Virus record (IMG/VR): IMGVR_UViG_2634166464_000002
Location: 9,639 to 73,638 of that record
Length of the DNA stretch: 64,000 nt
Direction: 5' to 3' (one strand)
DNA from: a virus
Lineage: Duplodnaviria; Caudoviricetes
The position numbers and the translations under genes are program-made. Positions 1-8,994 of this stretch are shown here, in pieces (position 1 is the first letter of the stretch; each line of letters begins with the position of its first letter). Under the pieces are notes generated by a model. The model saw only the letters and a program-made list of their open reading frames with translations. It did no database searches and was not told the origin of the DNA.

Positions 1-338
1 CGCGCTTGCGAGGGCAGTGCGGCTTCCGACTGCAGGCGGAACAAATATTGCCCGAGCGTCAGTCCCCCGAGATCGACGTCGGCGAGGAATGACTTGAGCG
101 TGATCGCGTTGGCCGTCTTGCCCTGCGCGAGAAGCGCGGACGTGACCTCAAAGATCTTGCGATGCAAGTCTTCGAAAAAACACTCGGGCGTGAGGATGTC
201 CGCGCACTTGCCATAAGCGTCGTTGTTGAGGAGGAGCGAGCCCAGCACCGCAGCCTCGACCTCGAGGTTGTGCGGCATCACGCGTTCTTCTGGCAGACCG
301 AGAGCGGCCCTGGCTGTGCGTCGTTGTTCCCCCGCCAT
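1..338 (-). CDS. dnaB: Replicative DNA helicase DnaB, N-terminal part (runs off the window)
   Basis: Manual translation from ATG at 338: MAGNNDAQPGPLSGLPEERVMPHNLEVEAAVLGSLLLNNDAYGKCADILTPECFFEDLHRKIFE. This matches the DnaB N-terminal pattern (PHNxEAExAVLGxLL ... FxxxxHRxIF). The start overlaps the stop of the upstream gene. Confidence 0.8.
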   Translation of the reverse strand, partial: MAGEQRRTARAALGLPEERVMPHNLEVEAAVLGSLLLNNDAYGKCADILTPECFFEDLHRKIFEVTSALLAQGKTANAITLKSFLADVDLGGLTLGQYLFRLQSEAALPSQA

Positions 339-862
339 CATGCGGTCCTCGGCGCCGACGCCATCTGGCGGATGATCAGGGCCGCGAGCAGCGACATCCA
401 GACCTTTCCGATCGTCTGGCCGGCGAGGTAGGACAGGTCGCCAAAGGCGAGCCAGAGGAAGACAAGCGAGTCGACCAGCGCGCCGACTGCGCCACTGGCG
501 AAGACAGCCATGGCGGGGCGTAGGGGACGCAGGCGCCCATAGACCAACAGATCGACGGTCTCGGACACGAGAAACGCGGCAGCCGAGGCAAAGGCCAGGA
601 TCGGCGACGCCAGGATTCCCGACAGGGCGGCGCCGACCAGGATAGCGGCAAACGCCACACGGCTTCCGAAGAAGCGATGCACCAGGTCTCGCAGCACCAG
701 GCCCAGCCCGATGATGAGAACCCCGCTCGGCGCCAGGATCCCGAAGCCGACCGGCACAACACACGGGCCCGCGGAGCAGTCGCCGACATTCTCGATGAAC
801 CAATTGCTCAGCGGTACCGTGAGCAGGAATGCGGCGAGGCTCGCATAGGCCAGCGCTTTCAT
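338..862 (-). CDS. Vut/YhhQ-like membrane transporter (queuosine-precursor transporter family)
   Basis: 174 aa, several TM helices. Motifs PSGVLIIGLGLVLRDLVH, ASAAAFLVSETVDLLVY and SGAVGALVDSLVFLWLAFG are typical of Vut_1/YhhQ-type proteins. Confidence 0.75.
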   Translation of the reverse strand: MKALAYASLAAFLLTVPLSNWFIENVGDCSAGPCVVPVGFGILAPSGVLIIGLGLVLRDLVHRFFGSRVAFAAILVGAALSGILASPILAFASAAAFLVSETVDLLVYGRLRPLRPAMAVFASGAVGALVDSLVFLWLAFGDLSYLAGQTIGKVWMSLLAALIIRQMASAPRTA

Positions 863-1785
863 TCGGCAGCCTCCTGAAGCAGCGGCAATGACATCTGCCA
901 GTGGGTCTCGGTGAGATCAGCGACGGATTCGACCTCCTCGACGAAGGCCGCGGCCTCGCGCCAGTCGTTTGCTGAGCGAGGCTTGATGCCCCGGGACCGG
1001 AGGATCTCGCGCGCTTCCCGGGCCGTGAGCTTGCGCCCGAGTTCCTCCTCGAGCGCGACCCTCTCCTCGATCGCATGCTTGAACGCGTGCAGGCTCCACG
1101 CCATCGAGTCGGCCGAATAGAGCAGCGCCCGCACGCACGGGTCTTTCAAGGCCGTCTTCTTCAAGCCGAAGCCGTGCAATCGCAGATCGGGCCTAAACCC
1201 CTTGATGCCGGCGAGAATGTGGATGACGTCCGCTACAGAGCCATTGCGCTTGCAGACGCTTCCCACGCCCACCCACATGCTCGTTGTGAGGCGACACCCA
1301 TACATCCGAATGTGACGCTGATAATCTTCCGGGTTGTATCCCTGCAGAACGGGGATCACCGCGAAAGGGATCCGCCCTTCGAACAGATCCTCGAGGGCGG
1401 CGAGCAATAGGTCATAGCGCTCGATCGTCAGTTGCTGGTGATGGCGCACCATCTCGGCGTGACGCTTCGCCGTGAGATCCTTCTCGTCGACCTGCAAGAG
1501 CTTCGCGACGACGGAGCGCTCGCACATGTAGTCCTGGGCCGACGCCGCCACGATGCGGGCCGTCCCTTGCGTGTGCAGCTCCCACAGCCTGCGGGCATAA
1601 GCTTCGACCGGATGCGGGTATCCGCCGTGCTGGTCGAGCGTCGAGAACGCGCCCGAGTCGATAAATACCTGGCGGGCGCCGAGCGGCTTGCGGCGCGTCA
1701 TCAACCGGTGGATCGAGATGCACACGCGGTGGAACCGGTGCGCATCGCTCGGCTGATGGATCCCGACATAGAAGTCCACGCTCAT
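859..1785 (-). CDS. TGT-fold transglycosylase, DpdA-like (candidate 7-deazaguanine DNA insertion enzyme)
   Basis: TGT-superfamily motifs in the expected order: IDSGAF, QDYMCE, IPVLQG, VGVGSVC, LHGFG, SADSMAW. Translationally coupled to the YhhQ-like gene. Confidence 0.7.
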   Translation of the reverse strand: MSVDFYVGIHQPSDAHRFHRVCISIHRLMTRRKPLGARQVFIDSGAFSTLDQHGGYPHPVEAYARRLWELHTQGTARIVAASAQDYMCERSVVAKLLQVDEKDLTAKRHAEMVRHHQQLTIERYDLLLAALEDLFEGRIPFAVIPVLQGYNPEDYQRHIRMYGCRLTTSMWVGVGSVCKRNGSVADVIHILAGIKGFRPDLRLHGFGLKKTALKDPCVRALLYSADSMAWSLHAFKHAIEERVALEEELGRKLTAREAREILRSRGIKPRSANDWREAAAFVEEVESVADLTETHWQMSLPLLQEAAE

Positions 1786-2372
1786 GCCGCGGCCTCGAAC
1801 ATGTCGAGCTCATCCCCGAAGGAATGCCAGCCGGGGCGCCTGGTGCGCGCAAAGACATCCGCGCGCCGCGTCAACTGCGTGCAGCGCTCGTCGACCATCT
1901 CGTAGAAGCTTTCAGGCTTCTGGGAGTGCTTCCGCCGGATGCCTTTGAACAGGCCCGGGAGCGCCGCATGCTTCGGCTCGCCGCGCGTGGCGACAATGAC
2001 GGGCTCCGCCATAGACCGCACGCGGTAGCCCGTGCCGATCGCCGGCCTGCCCGACAGGAAGATCTTCTCCCAGTAAAGCAGGGTCTTGTATTCGTAGCCC
2101 CAGGCTTTGACGCACTCGATCTGCTTGTCGAGGAGTGGCGCGGTCGCCCAACACAACAGCAGGCAGTCGGGATCGGCGAGATCTCCGATCGGAAAGCGCC
2201 AGAATATCTCTTCGACTGGGTAGCAGCGGTAGTGCTTCGATGCGCTTTTCTCGCCACCACGCTCGCTGCGGGTCCGAAAGCGCCAGGGCGGATCCGCGAC
2301 CACAAGGGAGTAGTAGTGCGGGCGCAGATCCCCGAACTGCCATGCCTCGAGAGGCGCGAAGAGTCCCCTCAT
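1782..2372 (-). CDS. MT-A70 family N6-adenine methyltransferase
   Basis: VVADPPW catalytic motif, followed by HY, LLCWAT, WGYEYKT, GTGYRVRSMAE, HSQKPE and DVFAR..RPGWHSFGDE. Confidence 0.9.
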   Translation of the reverse strand: MRGLFAPLEAWQFGDLRPHYYSLVVADPPWRFRTRSERGGEKSASKHYRCYPVEEIFWRFPIGDLADPDCLLLCWATAPLLDKQIECVKAWGYEYKTLLYWEKIFLSGRPAIGTGYRVRSMAEPVIVATRGEPKHAALPGLFKGIRRKHSQKPESFYEMVDERCTQLTRRADVFARTRRPGWHSFGDELDMFEAAA

Positions 2373-3313
2373 CCCCCGATGCCTCGGAGCCTGACGAGTT
2401 CCTTGTTGAGGAAGATCACGTCGATGCCGACGGATTGCAGGGTCGGCGTCGCCTCGATCAGCGCACGGTGAAACGCCGGGATGCTCGGCCAGCCGCCGTC
2501 GTCGGTGAGCGTGCGCAGCGAATAGGGATATCCGTCGTACGTGCGCTTCAGTGACCGCGCGAGTTGGCTCAGGATCTCGACCGCGCCCCGCGGGCCGTTG
2601 ATCCGCACAGTCTCGGGACTGTCTGCAATCGGCTCAGGCGCAGGCTCTTCCGCGCGATCATTTTCGGCAGCTGTTTCGAGGGGGGCAGCCGGCGCCGGCT
2701 CGGGCTCCCCCGCGATCGATGCCAACCCCTCGCCCGTGTTGAACGCCGTGAAGCGCTGGCACACGATCTCCCGGATGGTGGCGGGAGTCTCGGGAGCCGC
2801 TGGCGGTTCGGGGTCAGGAGGAGTCCCCTCCCCGCCAGCGTCGCTCCCGGCCGACACGGCTTCAGTGGATTCGGGCTCATTCCCGACCTGCACCTGGCCA
2901 GTGCTTTCTTCCTCCGATTGCTGTTGGCTCGCCGACAAGCCTACCTCCACGCTCCGATCGGAGGCGTCTTTGCCCGGGGCGCGGCTCATCCGCCGGGAGG
3001 CGTGCGTGGAGGATCTGTCACGTTGGGAGATGGCGCGCGGATCGCCGGCCTCGCGGGCCTCAGCGATATGCGTGCGGACCCAACGATCACCGTGCCCGAA
3101 GCACTCTCCGATCTCCTCCTGGGAGAGATCGGTACGCGACCAGAGGACCAGTACCTCGTCGCGCAGGCTCAGCGTCGCCCGCGCAACATCGGGCTGCAGG
3201 TTGAGAAGCATTCCCATGCAGCCGGCGACACGGTTGTTGAGGTGCGCGAGCTCGCGCGAGATGTCGACCAGTTCACCAATAACCTCGTCGCGTGCCGCGC
3301 GCTTACTCTTCAT
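2369..3313 (-). CDS. Hypothetical protein with HTH-like segment and acidic/Pro-rich linker
   Basis: The segment LSQEEIGECFGHGDRWVRTHI looks like an HTH. Start MKSKR at 3313 chosen because it overlaps the end of the upstream gene. Confidence 0.55.
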   Translation of the reverse strand: MKSKRAARDEVIGELVDISRELAHLNNRVAGCMGMLLNLQPDVARATLSLRDEVLVLWSRTDLSQEEIGECFGHGDRWVRTHIAEAREAGDPRAISQRDRSSTHASRRMSRAPGKDASDRSVEVGLSASQQQSEEESTGQVQVGNEPESTEAVSAGSDAGGEGTPPDPEPPAAPETPATIREIVCQRFTAFNTGEGLASIAGEPEPAPAAPLETAAENDRAEEPAPEPIADSPETVRINGPRGAVEILSQLARSLKRTYDGYPYSLRTLTDDGGWPSIPAFHRALIEATPTLQSVGIDVIFLNKELVRLRGIGG

Positions 3314-3530
3314 GATCGGACCCGTACCGTTTGGCGTAGGAGCGAGCCGCGAAGCGCAGTTCCGGAGACGCGCACATGCGGCAGTAGATCTTTCCGCGGT
3401 CACCCCACGACGGATTGGCGGGGTCACCGCAGTCGGAGCACAAAGGCTCCTGCGGAGGCGGAGGCGGCGGTTTCGCGGGCCGCGCTGCGGGCAGTGGCTC
3501 GAAGAAGTCCTTGCCCTTCAGCGCCATCAC
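3303..3530 (-). CDS. Small CxxC...CxxC protein
   Basis: CSDC and CRMC motifs; fills the operon gap with overlapping start and stop codons. Confidence 0.5.
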   Translation of the reverse strand: MMALKGKDFFEPLPAARPAKPPPPPPQEPLCSDCGDPANPSWGDRGKIYCRMCASPELRFAARSYAKRYGSDHEE

Positions 3531-4135
3531 CCTGCCCCTGCGAGGCGAGCGACGCCGATCGGCACGCGCTGGCCGAACATGATCTCGTAGGGAGGCGTCC
3601 AGCGCCCGTGCGTGCGTTGCGCCCAGTGCCAGATCGCCACCGCATCAGCGCGGTTGTCGTCGGTGCAGTAGAACGGGAGGTAGCCCCATTCCTTGCAGCG
3701 GTTCAGGACAGCCTTCTTGGTGTCCCTGCGCTCGCCGGCATTCGCCTTGTCGATGAACTTCGCGCGGACGGTCGCGGGCCAGACCTTCTCGATCGGGATC
3801 CTTTCCTTCTGGGCCTTGAGGCGCAGCGTCGTGACGAGGGCGATCGGAAGCCATAGCTCCAGCGCCCCGCGGGGGCGCCCGTCCCGCGGCTTCGCGGTCG
3901 GGTTGAGCGGCGCCTCAAAGACGATCCTGTCGGGCCAATCCTCTTTCCACCCGAGACGATGGTCGAGGAACGTCTCGAGGTTCTCGCACATGTGCGCGAT
4001 GTCCTCGTCGACATCCTCGTACTTGCGCTTGCGCAAGCTGACCGTCATCGAGTTCAGGCGCGACAGGTCATCCTTGGGAGGACGACCCATCGCAACGCCT
4101 GTCTTGATCGAGAGATCAAACGCCCAGACGTTCAT
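3527..4135 (-). CDS. RuvC-like Holliday junction resolvase
   Basis: RNase H-fold acidic residues in AFDLSIKTGVA, IVFEAP and DDNRADAVAIW. Confidence 0.75.
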   Translation of the reverse strand: MNVWAFDLSIKTGVAMGRPPKDDLSRLNSMTVSLRKRKYEDVDEDIAHMCENLETFLDHRLGWKEDWPDRIVFEAPLNPTAKPRDGRPRGALELWLPIALVTTLRLKAQKERIPIEKVWPATVRAKFIDKANAGERRDTKKAVLNRCKEWGYLPFYCTDDNRADAVAIWHWAQRTHGRWTPPYEIMFGQRVPIGVARLAGAG

Positions 4136-4144
4136 GGCGCGCGA

Positions 4145-4768
4145 TCAGTTCAGGATCGTGTAGCTGCCGTCTGCCTTCGCGGGCTTGCGCCGCTCGCGCC
4201 GCGGCGCAGCACTGTCGTCGTTCGACGCGAGCTGCGCGGAGACCTCGCGGATATGCGCGTCGCCTTTCGCGATCTCGGACCTCATGGACTCGCGAAACGA
4301 CTCGACGCTGTCGGACGCCTCGGTCTTCTTGCGCCGGCCGCGGGCCCGCTTCTCAGCCTTGGCATCGACCTCCTCGGGAGCCGGCGCCAGGTGAGCATTG
4401 GCCTCGAATGCCTTCTCAGCCTCCTCGAGGGGCATGCCGCCGTTCGCGGGAGCGGGCTCGTCTTCCTCTTTCGCCTGCGCGGCCAGGTCACCGTAGTGGG
4501 AGTTCCGGCTCCACTTCTCGGCGCGCATGATGCCGACGTAAGCCTCGAGGTTGTCGAGGTACTCTTCGCGTTTCAGTTCATCCATGCGGTCGAGCCGCTT
4601 GATGAGGTTGAAGACTCCGGTGTGGAGGTTGGAGTTTTCCTTGTGATGAAGGACGCGCTCGCCGTGCGCGCCCCTGATCTCCGCAATTTTGGAGACCACG
4701 TTGTTGCCTTCGTTGACCAGCGCGACGAGAACCTTGCTGGCAATCATCCTCTCTGACGTCTCACCCAT
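4145..4768 (-). CDS. Hypothetical protein, N-terminus weakly GapR/DUF2312-like
   Basis: LHTGVFNLIKRLDRMDELKREEYLDNLEAYVGIM resembles the GapR C-terminal helices; long charged tail. Confidence 0.4.
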   Translation of the reverse strand: MGETSERMIASKVLVALVNEGNNVVSKIAEIRGAHGERVLHHKENSNLHTGVFNLIKRLDRMDELKREEYLDNLEAYVGIMRAEKWSRNSHYGDLAAQAKEEDEPAPANGGMPLEEAEKAFEANAHLAPAPEEVDAKAEKRARGRRKKTEASDSVESFRESMRSEIAKGDAHIREVSAQLASNDDSAAPRRERRKPAKADGSYTILN

Positions 4769-4856
4769 TACGCATTACTCCGGGGCGGTTAACGGTGCCG
4801 GTGCAGGCTCGACACCGGGGACTCTCCAGGCCTGCTCTGGAGTTTTCCGGGGACGC

Positions 4857-5429
4857 TTACGCCCTCGCGGCGCGCTTGGAGATCCAAGGCACCAGCGGTT
4901 CATTGTCGGGACACGACAGCGCGTCACCGCGCGCGAGCAGATCCTGGATGGCTTCGATCACGAGCCCGAGCCCTCTGTGCTGCTGAAGCAGGTACTCGAG
5001 ATGCGCTCTCCACTCTGCGCGTGTGGCCTCCTGGGCCGGCACGAAGGAGATATCGCTGACGTTGCCATCGACCGGAACCGACAGGGCGGGCGGCAACCGT
5101 TCCGTCAGGTGCTTGCTCATTCCGGGGAGCACCAGCTGACGCTCCCCTTTATCCTTCACGGCTGCCCACGAGCTCGCGACCTTCGCGGCCATATCGTGCA
5201 GCGCGCGGGTGATCAGATCCTGCTCGAGCACCGCGACGAGGTCTGGATGCGCGTCGCTCACAAACGCGACGACGTCCGACACACGGGCGCGGCGTCCGTA
5301 TTTGTAGAAGTTGCGATACTCGGTCTGCATCGCCTCGCGCAGCCTGGTGCGGGCCTCGCGCGGCGTGAGTTCGTCGTCGGTCTCGTTCTGAGACAGTGAG
5401 AGCGATGCGTTCTGCCGCTCAGGCTGCAT
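4857..5429 (-). CDS. Hypothetical protein
   Basis: ORF coupled to the end of the ParB-N gene; codon usage like its neighbours. Confidence 0.6.
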   Translation of the reverse strand: MQPERQNASLSLSQNETDDELTPREARTRLREAMQTEYRNFYKYGRRARVSDVVAFVSDAHPDLVAVLEQDLITRALHDMAAKVASSWAAVKDKGERQLVLPGMSKHLTERLPPALSVPVDGNVSDISFVPAQEATRAEWRAHLEYLLQQHRGLGLVIEAIQDLLARGDALSCPDNEPLVPWISKRAARA

Positions 5430-6336
5430 TGCGACGCCTCCAGGCTTGCTCGAGATCGCGGATGAAGGGTGCAAGACGGTCGATGAGCGGGCCGAAGACG
5501 ATGTCGGAGTCAGGCGTCACGCAGTCGAGCGCTTCCTCGGGCGTCAGCCCAAGCCCCAGGATGGCACGCATGCCGCCGCAGAGTTGCAGGTACAGATCGC
5601 CCTGGCGGCGCTCCTCGTCGGTTGCATCCGTGTGAAACTTGCCGTCCCGGCCGAGCGTCGGGTTGCCTGTCTCGGCAGCGATCTTCCGAGCATCCTGTTT
5701 GGTCGGGAGGCTCTTGCGGAACTCCACCACAGCGGCCTTGGCATCGCCGGCCTGCTTGATCAGCTCCGCCTGCTTCTCGGGCGCCTGCTTGGCGAATTCT
5801 GCGGCCGGCTTGATCGCGACCTTGCCCTCGTCGACAGCCGCCACGAGCTCCGGAGCGCCCTTGGCGACAACGGTCTTCGCGTTCTCGTAAGTCTTGCCGC
5901 TTCCGAGGCCGACCCGCTCGGCAACCAGGTCACGGGTATGCCCTTTCACAAACCCCGGAACCGGTTCCACGGTTTTCGTCGTCGGACGTCCCTGCCGTCC
6001 CTCGAGCTCTTTCTCGATCGCGCGAGCAAGCGCGACACGCTCGGAGACCGTGAACTCCTTGCGGGTTTCGTTCTCGTCGAACTCACCCTCGAGGATCGAC
6101 TCGATGTCGAGCACCCGGGCAGGAATCGTCTCGCGCCCGAGATGCTTGAAGGCTTCGATGCGCCGCTCGCCGAAGATGAGCCTACGGTCCTGTGTGACAC
6201 CAATCGGCTGCAGAAGCCCGAGACGCTCGATGCTCTCAGCGAGCAGCACGATGTCGCCGAGATCTTTGCGAAAGCGCTCGCCGACCACGATGTCGGCGAT
6301 CGGGAGTTCCTGGACGGGAGCCGATTGCGTAGCCAT
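5419..6336 (-). CDS. ParB/Srx N-terminal domain protein with HTH
   Basis: LAESIERLGLLQPIGV, LIFGERRIEA (arginine patch), ENETRKEFTVSE, followed by an HTH-like segment. Confidence 0.85.
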   Translation of the reverse strand: MATQSAPVQELPIADIVVGERFRKDLGDIVLLAESIERLGLLQPIGVTQDRRLIFGERRIEAFKHLGRETIPARVLDIESILEGEFDENETRKEFTVSERVALARAIEKELEGRQGRPTTKTVEPVPGFVKGHTRDLVAERVGLGSGKTYENAKTVVAKGAPELVAAVDEGKVAIKPAAEFAKQAPEKQAELIKQAGDAKAAVVEFRKSLPTKQDARKIAAETGNPTLGRDGKFHTDATDEERRQGDLYLQLCGGMRAILGLGLTPEEALDCVTPDSDIVFGPLIDRLAPFIRDLEQAWRRRNAA

Positions 6337-6348
6337 CGCGTGCCTCCA

Positions 6349-6576
6349 TCACGCCGCGTCGGCGCGCATGGCAGCGATGTGCTCGCGCAGAAACGCCTCG
6401 AGGCGCTGGCCCTTTTCGATCGTGAAGTTTTCGCCGTCCCGCAGGCGCCGGATGAAACGCTTGTCGCCTCCAAACACTGCCCGTGAGATCCCGGGATCGC
6501 TGAGCCCGGTGAGGGCATGGACTTCGTCGGCGAGGCGGAGGAGTTCAGCGCGATAGGCGTCGGTGGCGGGTGTCAT
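6349..6576 (-). CDS. Cro-like small HTH regulator
   Basis: SDPGISRAVFGGDKRFIRRLRDGENFTIEK. Divergent from the cI-like gene. ATG at 6576 is preceded by GGAGGG. Confidence 0.7.
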   Translation of the reverse strand: MTPATDAYRAELLRLADEVHALTGLSDPGISRAVFGGDKRFIRRLRDGENFTIEKGQRLEAFLREHIAAMRADAA

Positions 6577-6588
6577 GCCCTCCAAAGT

Positions 6589-6679
6589 GGAGAAGACTTT
6601 CCCCACCGTCAACCAGATTTTGGGGCACGACTCAGCCGATCGGACGATCCCTAGAGGAGGGTTGGGCTATAGATTCCCC
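6589..6679. promoter_or_regulatory. cro/cI switch: leftward promoter with operators
   Basis: Minus-strand TTGACG (6612-6607) N17 CACTTT. Operator GGAGAA-GACT-TTCCCC (6589-6604) lies over the spacer; a weaker site GGGCTA-TAGA-TTCCCC is at 6664-6679. Confidence 0.65.
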
Positions 6680-6741
6680 ACCCCGTTTCGGGTAGAACGG
6701 AAGACACGAATGGCAAGTGTGCAACCGGGCAGCAGGCGCAG

Positions 6742-7524
6742 ATGACCGACATCGTAAGGGAACGGATCCGGCAGAGGTTAAATGATCTGGGGATCTCAGC
6801 GAACCGTGCCTCCGACAGCTCAGGCCTCGATAGATCAGTTCTTAATAAATTCCTAAGAGGCGCAGTCAAAGAGCTAAAGGATTCAAATCTAAGACTAATA
6901 GCCGAAGCATTAGATTGTGACGCAAGTTTTCTAAGAGGCGAGAGCGATGAACTCCGCCCACCAACTTGGGTTCGTAGTGTGCGTAGATTACCCAATAGCC
7001 TCGATGTTCCTATTGTTGGCGAGGCAGAAGCAGGGGCGTGGCATCCGTCGCATTGGTTCGACGACGCGGACCTGGGGGTTATATTGTCTGGCTACAATCC
7101 AAACTACCGTGAGCACAAGCAGTATGGATTCGTGGTCCGTTGCGACTCGATGGACTTAGCCGGCCTCACCAAGGGCGATCAGGTAGTGTGCATCAATCCC
7201 TGGCTCGCTGAGGTCGCACTCGCGACGGGTGATTGGGTAGTCGTCGAAAGCCGCGACGCGACCGGAAAGATCGAACTAAGCATCAAGGAATTCCGGATCA
7301 CTTCTGAGGGCTTTGAGCTTGTGCCACATTCGACGAGCCGCAAGCACAGGCCCTACGTGCTCGAGCGCGATACCGACCTGCGTAAGGGTAGCATCCGGAT
7401 CGTCGGCGTGATCATCAGCCACATAAAGCCGCGCCCAGCACTAAACTTCCAGCAGCACCACAGCGCCTCGAGTCCTACAGCGCGGGGCGAGTCCTCCGCG
7501 AGGTCAGCTAGGCTCATGGCCTGA
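6742..7524 (+). CDS. CI-like repressor (XRE HTH plus S24 autopeptidase)
   Basis: N-terminal HTH (ISANRASDSSGLDRSVLNKFLRG), cleavage-type motif VGEAEAG, catalytic Ser in CDSMD and Lys in SIKEF. Confidence 0.85.
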   Translation: MTDIVRERIRQRLNDLGISANRASDSSGLDRSVLNKFLRGAVKELKDSNLRLIAEALDCDASFLRGESDELRPPTWVRSVRRLPNSLDVPIVGEAEAGAWHPSHWFDDADLGVILSGYNPNYREHKQYGFVVRCDSMDLAGLTKGDQVVCINPWLAEVALATGDWVVVESRDATGKIELSIKEFRITSEGFELVPHSTSRKHRPYVLERDTDLRKGSIRIVGVIISHIKPRPALNFQQHHSASSPTARGESSARSARLMA

Positions 7525-7921
7525 ATCCTTCGCGCGCGGATACACTAACCTGGTACCGGAGTAAGGATTCTTGTTTGAAGGAATGGGTGCCTAGTACGTC
7601 GATGTAGCGCTCTACGATTCAGGTACTAGCGCTACCTGGATACAGCGTAGTGGCTCACCCCGCGCGTGCGCGCGAGCTCCCCCCTACCCCCCAACCCGGC
7701 TTGTGTCGGGGAGGCCACACAGCCACAAGATGTTGTGGCTGCACGGAACGGCAACGCTCATTGTGCGTTGCACCGTCGCCAATCGGGGGATCTCCATGCC
7801 GAGCACGTTACCCGATTGAGGCCCCTCGCGCCCGCATGCAGGCCGAGGGGCTTTCCATTTGTGGCGCAGCAGCTCGCCGCAGGCAAGGCCGCGGGGCCCT
7901 GAATTTTGCCGCCCTCCCCGC

Positions 7922-7951
7922 TTGACGGGGAACGCTTGCCCCAAATACCCT
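7922..7951 (+). promoter_or_regulatory. Rightward promoter with operator
   Basis: TTGACG at 7922 and TACCCT at 7946. GGGGAA-CGCT-TGCCCC (7927-7942) occupies the spacer. Precedes the recombination operon. Confidence 0.6.
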
Positions 7952-7974
7952 AACGGAAAGTTTAGGGGGGTCAC

Positions 7975-8262
7975 ATGCGCGCTTCGACCAGAAGGGACGT
8001 TCCCATCCCGGCATCTACCCGCTCCAGCCCGACATCGCACCCGCTCTTTCAGGCGGTGATCCGAGAGATCGAGGACATGTGCGAGTGCAAGGGACGGCTC
8101 GCAGCAGCGAACCATTGCGAAGACATCTGGGACACCATTCAGGCACTCGCCGAGATCGCGCGCGAGCAGCCGTCGTGGTTTCGTGCGGAGCCCGAGGAAC
8201 TGCAGGCGTTTGCTGACTGGCTGCGCCGTCGTGCAGGCGAGTTGCGCCGTTCGGTTGCATGA
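7975..8262 (+). CDS. Hypothetical protein
   Basis: First ORF after the promoter, with a G-rich RBS. Confidence 0.55.
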   Translation: MRASTRRDVPIPASTRSSPTSHPLFQAVIREIEDMCECKGRLAAANHCEDIWDTIQALAEIAREQPSWFRAEPEELQAFADWLRRRAGELRRSVA

Positions 8263-8263
8263 C

Positions 8264-8611
8264 ATGCCAACACTCGAGGTCGTCAATGCGGCCGAACCGG
8301 TCTCCACCGAGGCTGCGCTCGCCGAACTGCTCGCGAAGAGCGACGTCGATCTCGGTGATGAGCAGGCCGTGCTTGCCGTTCTCGCCGGCCATGGGATTCG
8401 GCCCTGGCAGGTCACCCTGCGTTCGCTCGGGCCCATTCTCGCCGAAGCGCACAATATCCGGACCTGGAGCAAGATGATGCGCGCCATGGCGGCGCGGGCC
8501 CTGGTCCTGATCGCTCTCCTGCTCGGCACGATTGGTCTCATTTCGAGTCTCGCGTCGGGACCACTCGCGGCCGAGCACGGAGCCCTCACGCTTCTCGACG
8601 GAGGCTGGTGA
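8264..8611 (+). CDS. Hypothetical membrane protein
   Basis: ATG at 8264 directly after the previous stop; C-terminal hydrophobic helix. Confidence 0.55.
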   Translation: MPTLEVVNAAEPVSTEAALAELLAKSDVDLGDEQAVLAVLAGHGIRPWQVTLRSLGPILAEAHNIRTWSKMMRAMAARALVLIALLLGTIGLISSLASGPLAAEHGALTLLDGGW

Positions 8612-8994
8612 TGACGACGATCACGCCAGGTCGCGACGCAGCGCAACGCATGCTCGCGCGCCTGGATGAAGAGATCGAGAGGCAAGTCGCGCTCGGTGCC
8701 CCGCCGCACTCGATCGAGGTCACGCGGGCGCTCATGCGCGCCACGCTGACGAGCCTTGGCGACATGATCGATCGGGAAGCCGATGTCCCCGAGATGATGG
8801 CAGCTTTCGAGATCGCCTTTACGGAAGCGATCACGACGATGCTGCGAACCGTGCTCGCTCAACAGGCGGTCATGACGCCAGATGCCGCTGCTCCTGTCCT
8901 GCTGCTGCATATCCTGCGCGGCGTCGAAAGGCGGCTCGAGGGCGAGCCGTGGGGCGCGGAAGCCATCCACTACCCGGAGATAGGCCACGCATGA
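8608..8994 (+). CDS. Hypothetical protein
   Basis: Coupled ORF with GGAGG RBS. Confidence 0.55.
   Translation: MMTTITPGRDAAQRMLARLDEEIERQVALGAPPHSIEVTRALMRATLTSLGDMIDREADVPEMMAAFEIAFTEAITTMLRTVLAQQAVMTPDAAAPVLLLHILRGVERRLEGEPWGAEAIHYPEIGHA

Noticed and set aside
5419-6336. ParB-N gene as the partner of ParA
   Set aside because: It lies 8 kb away in the cro-led lytic operon, and ParA already has coupled RHH partners. Not excluded experimentally.
6742-7110. Low GC at the start of the repressor gene as horizontal transfer
   Set aside because: Low GC is common in phage immunity regions and is not informative on its own.
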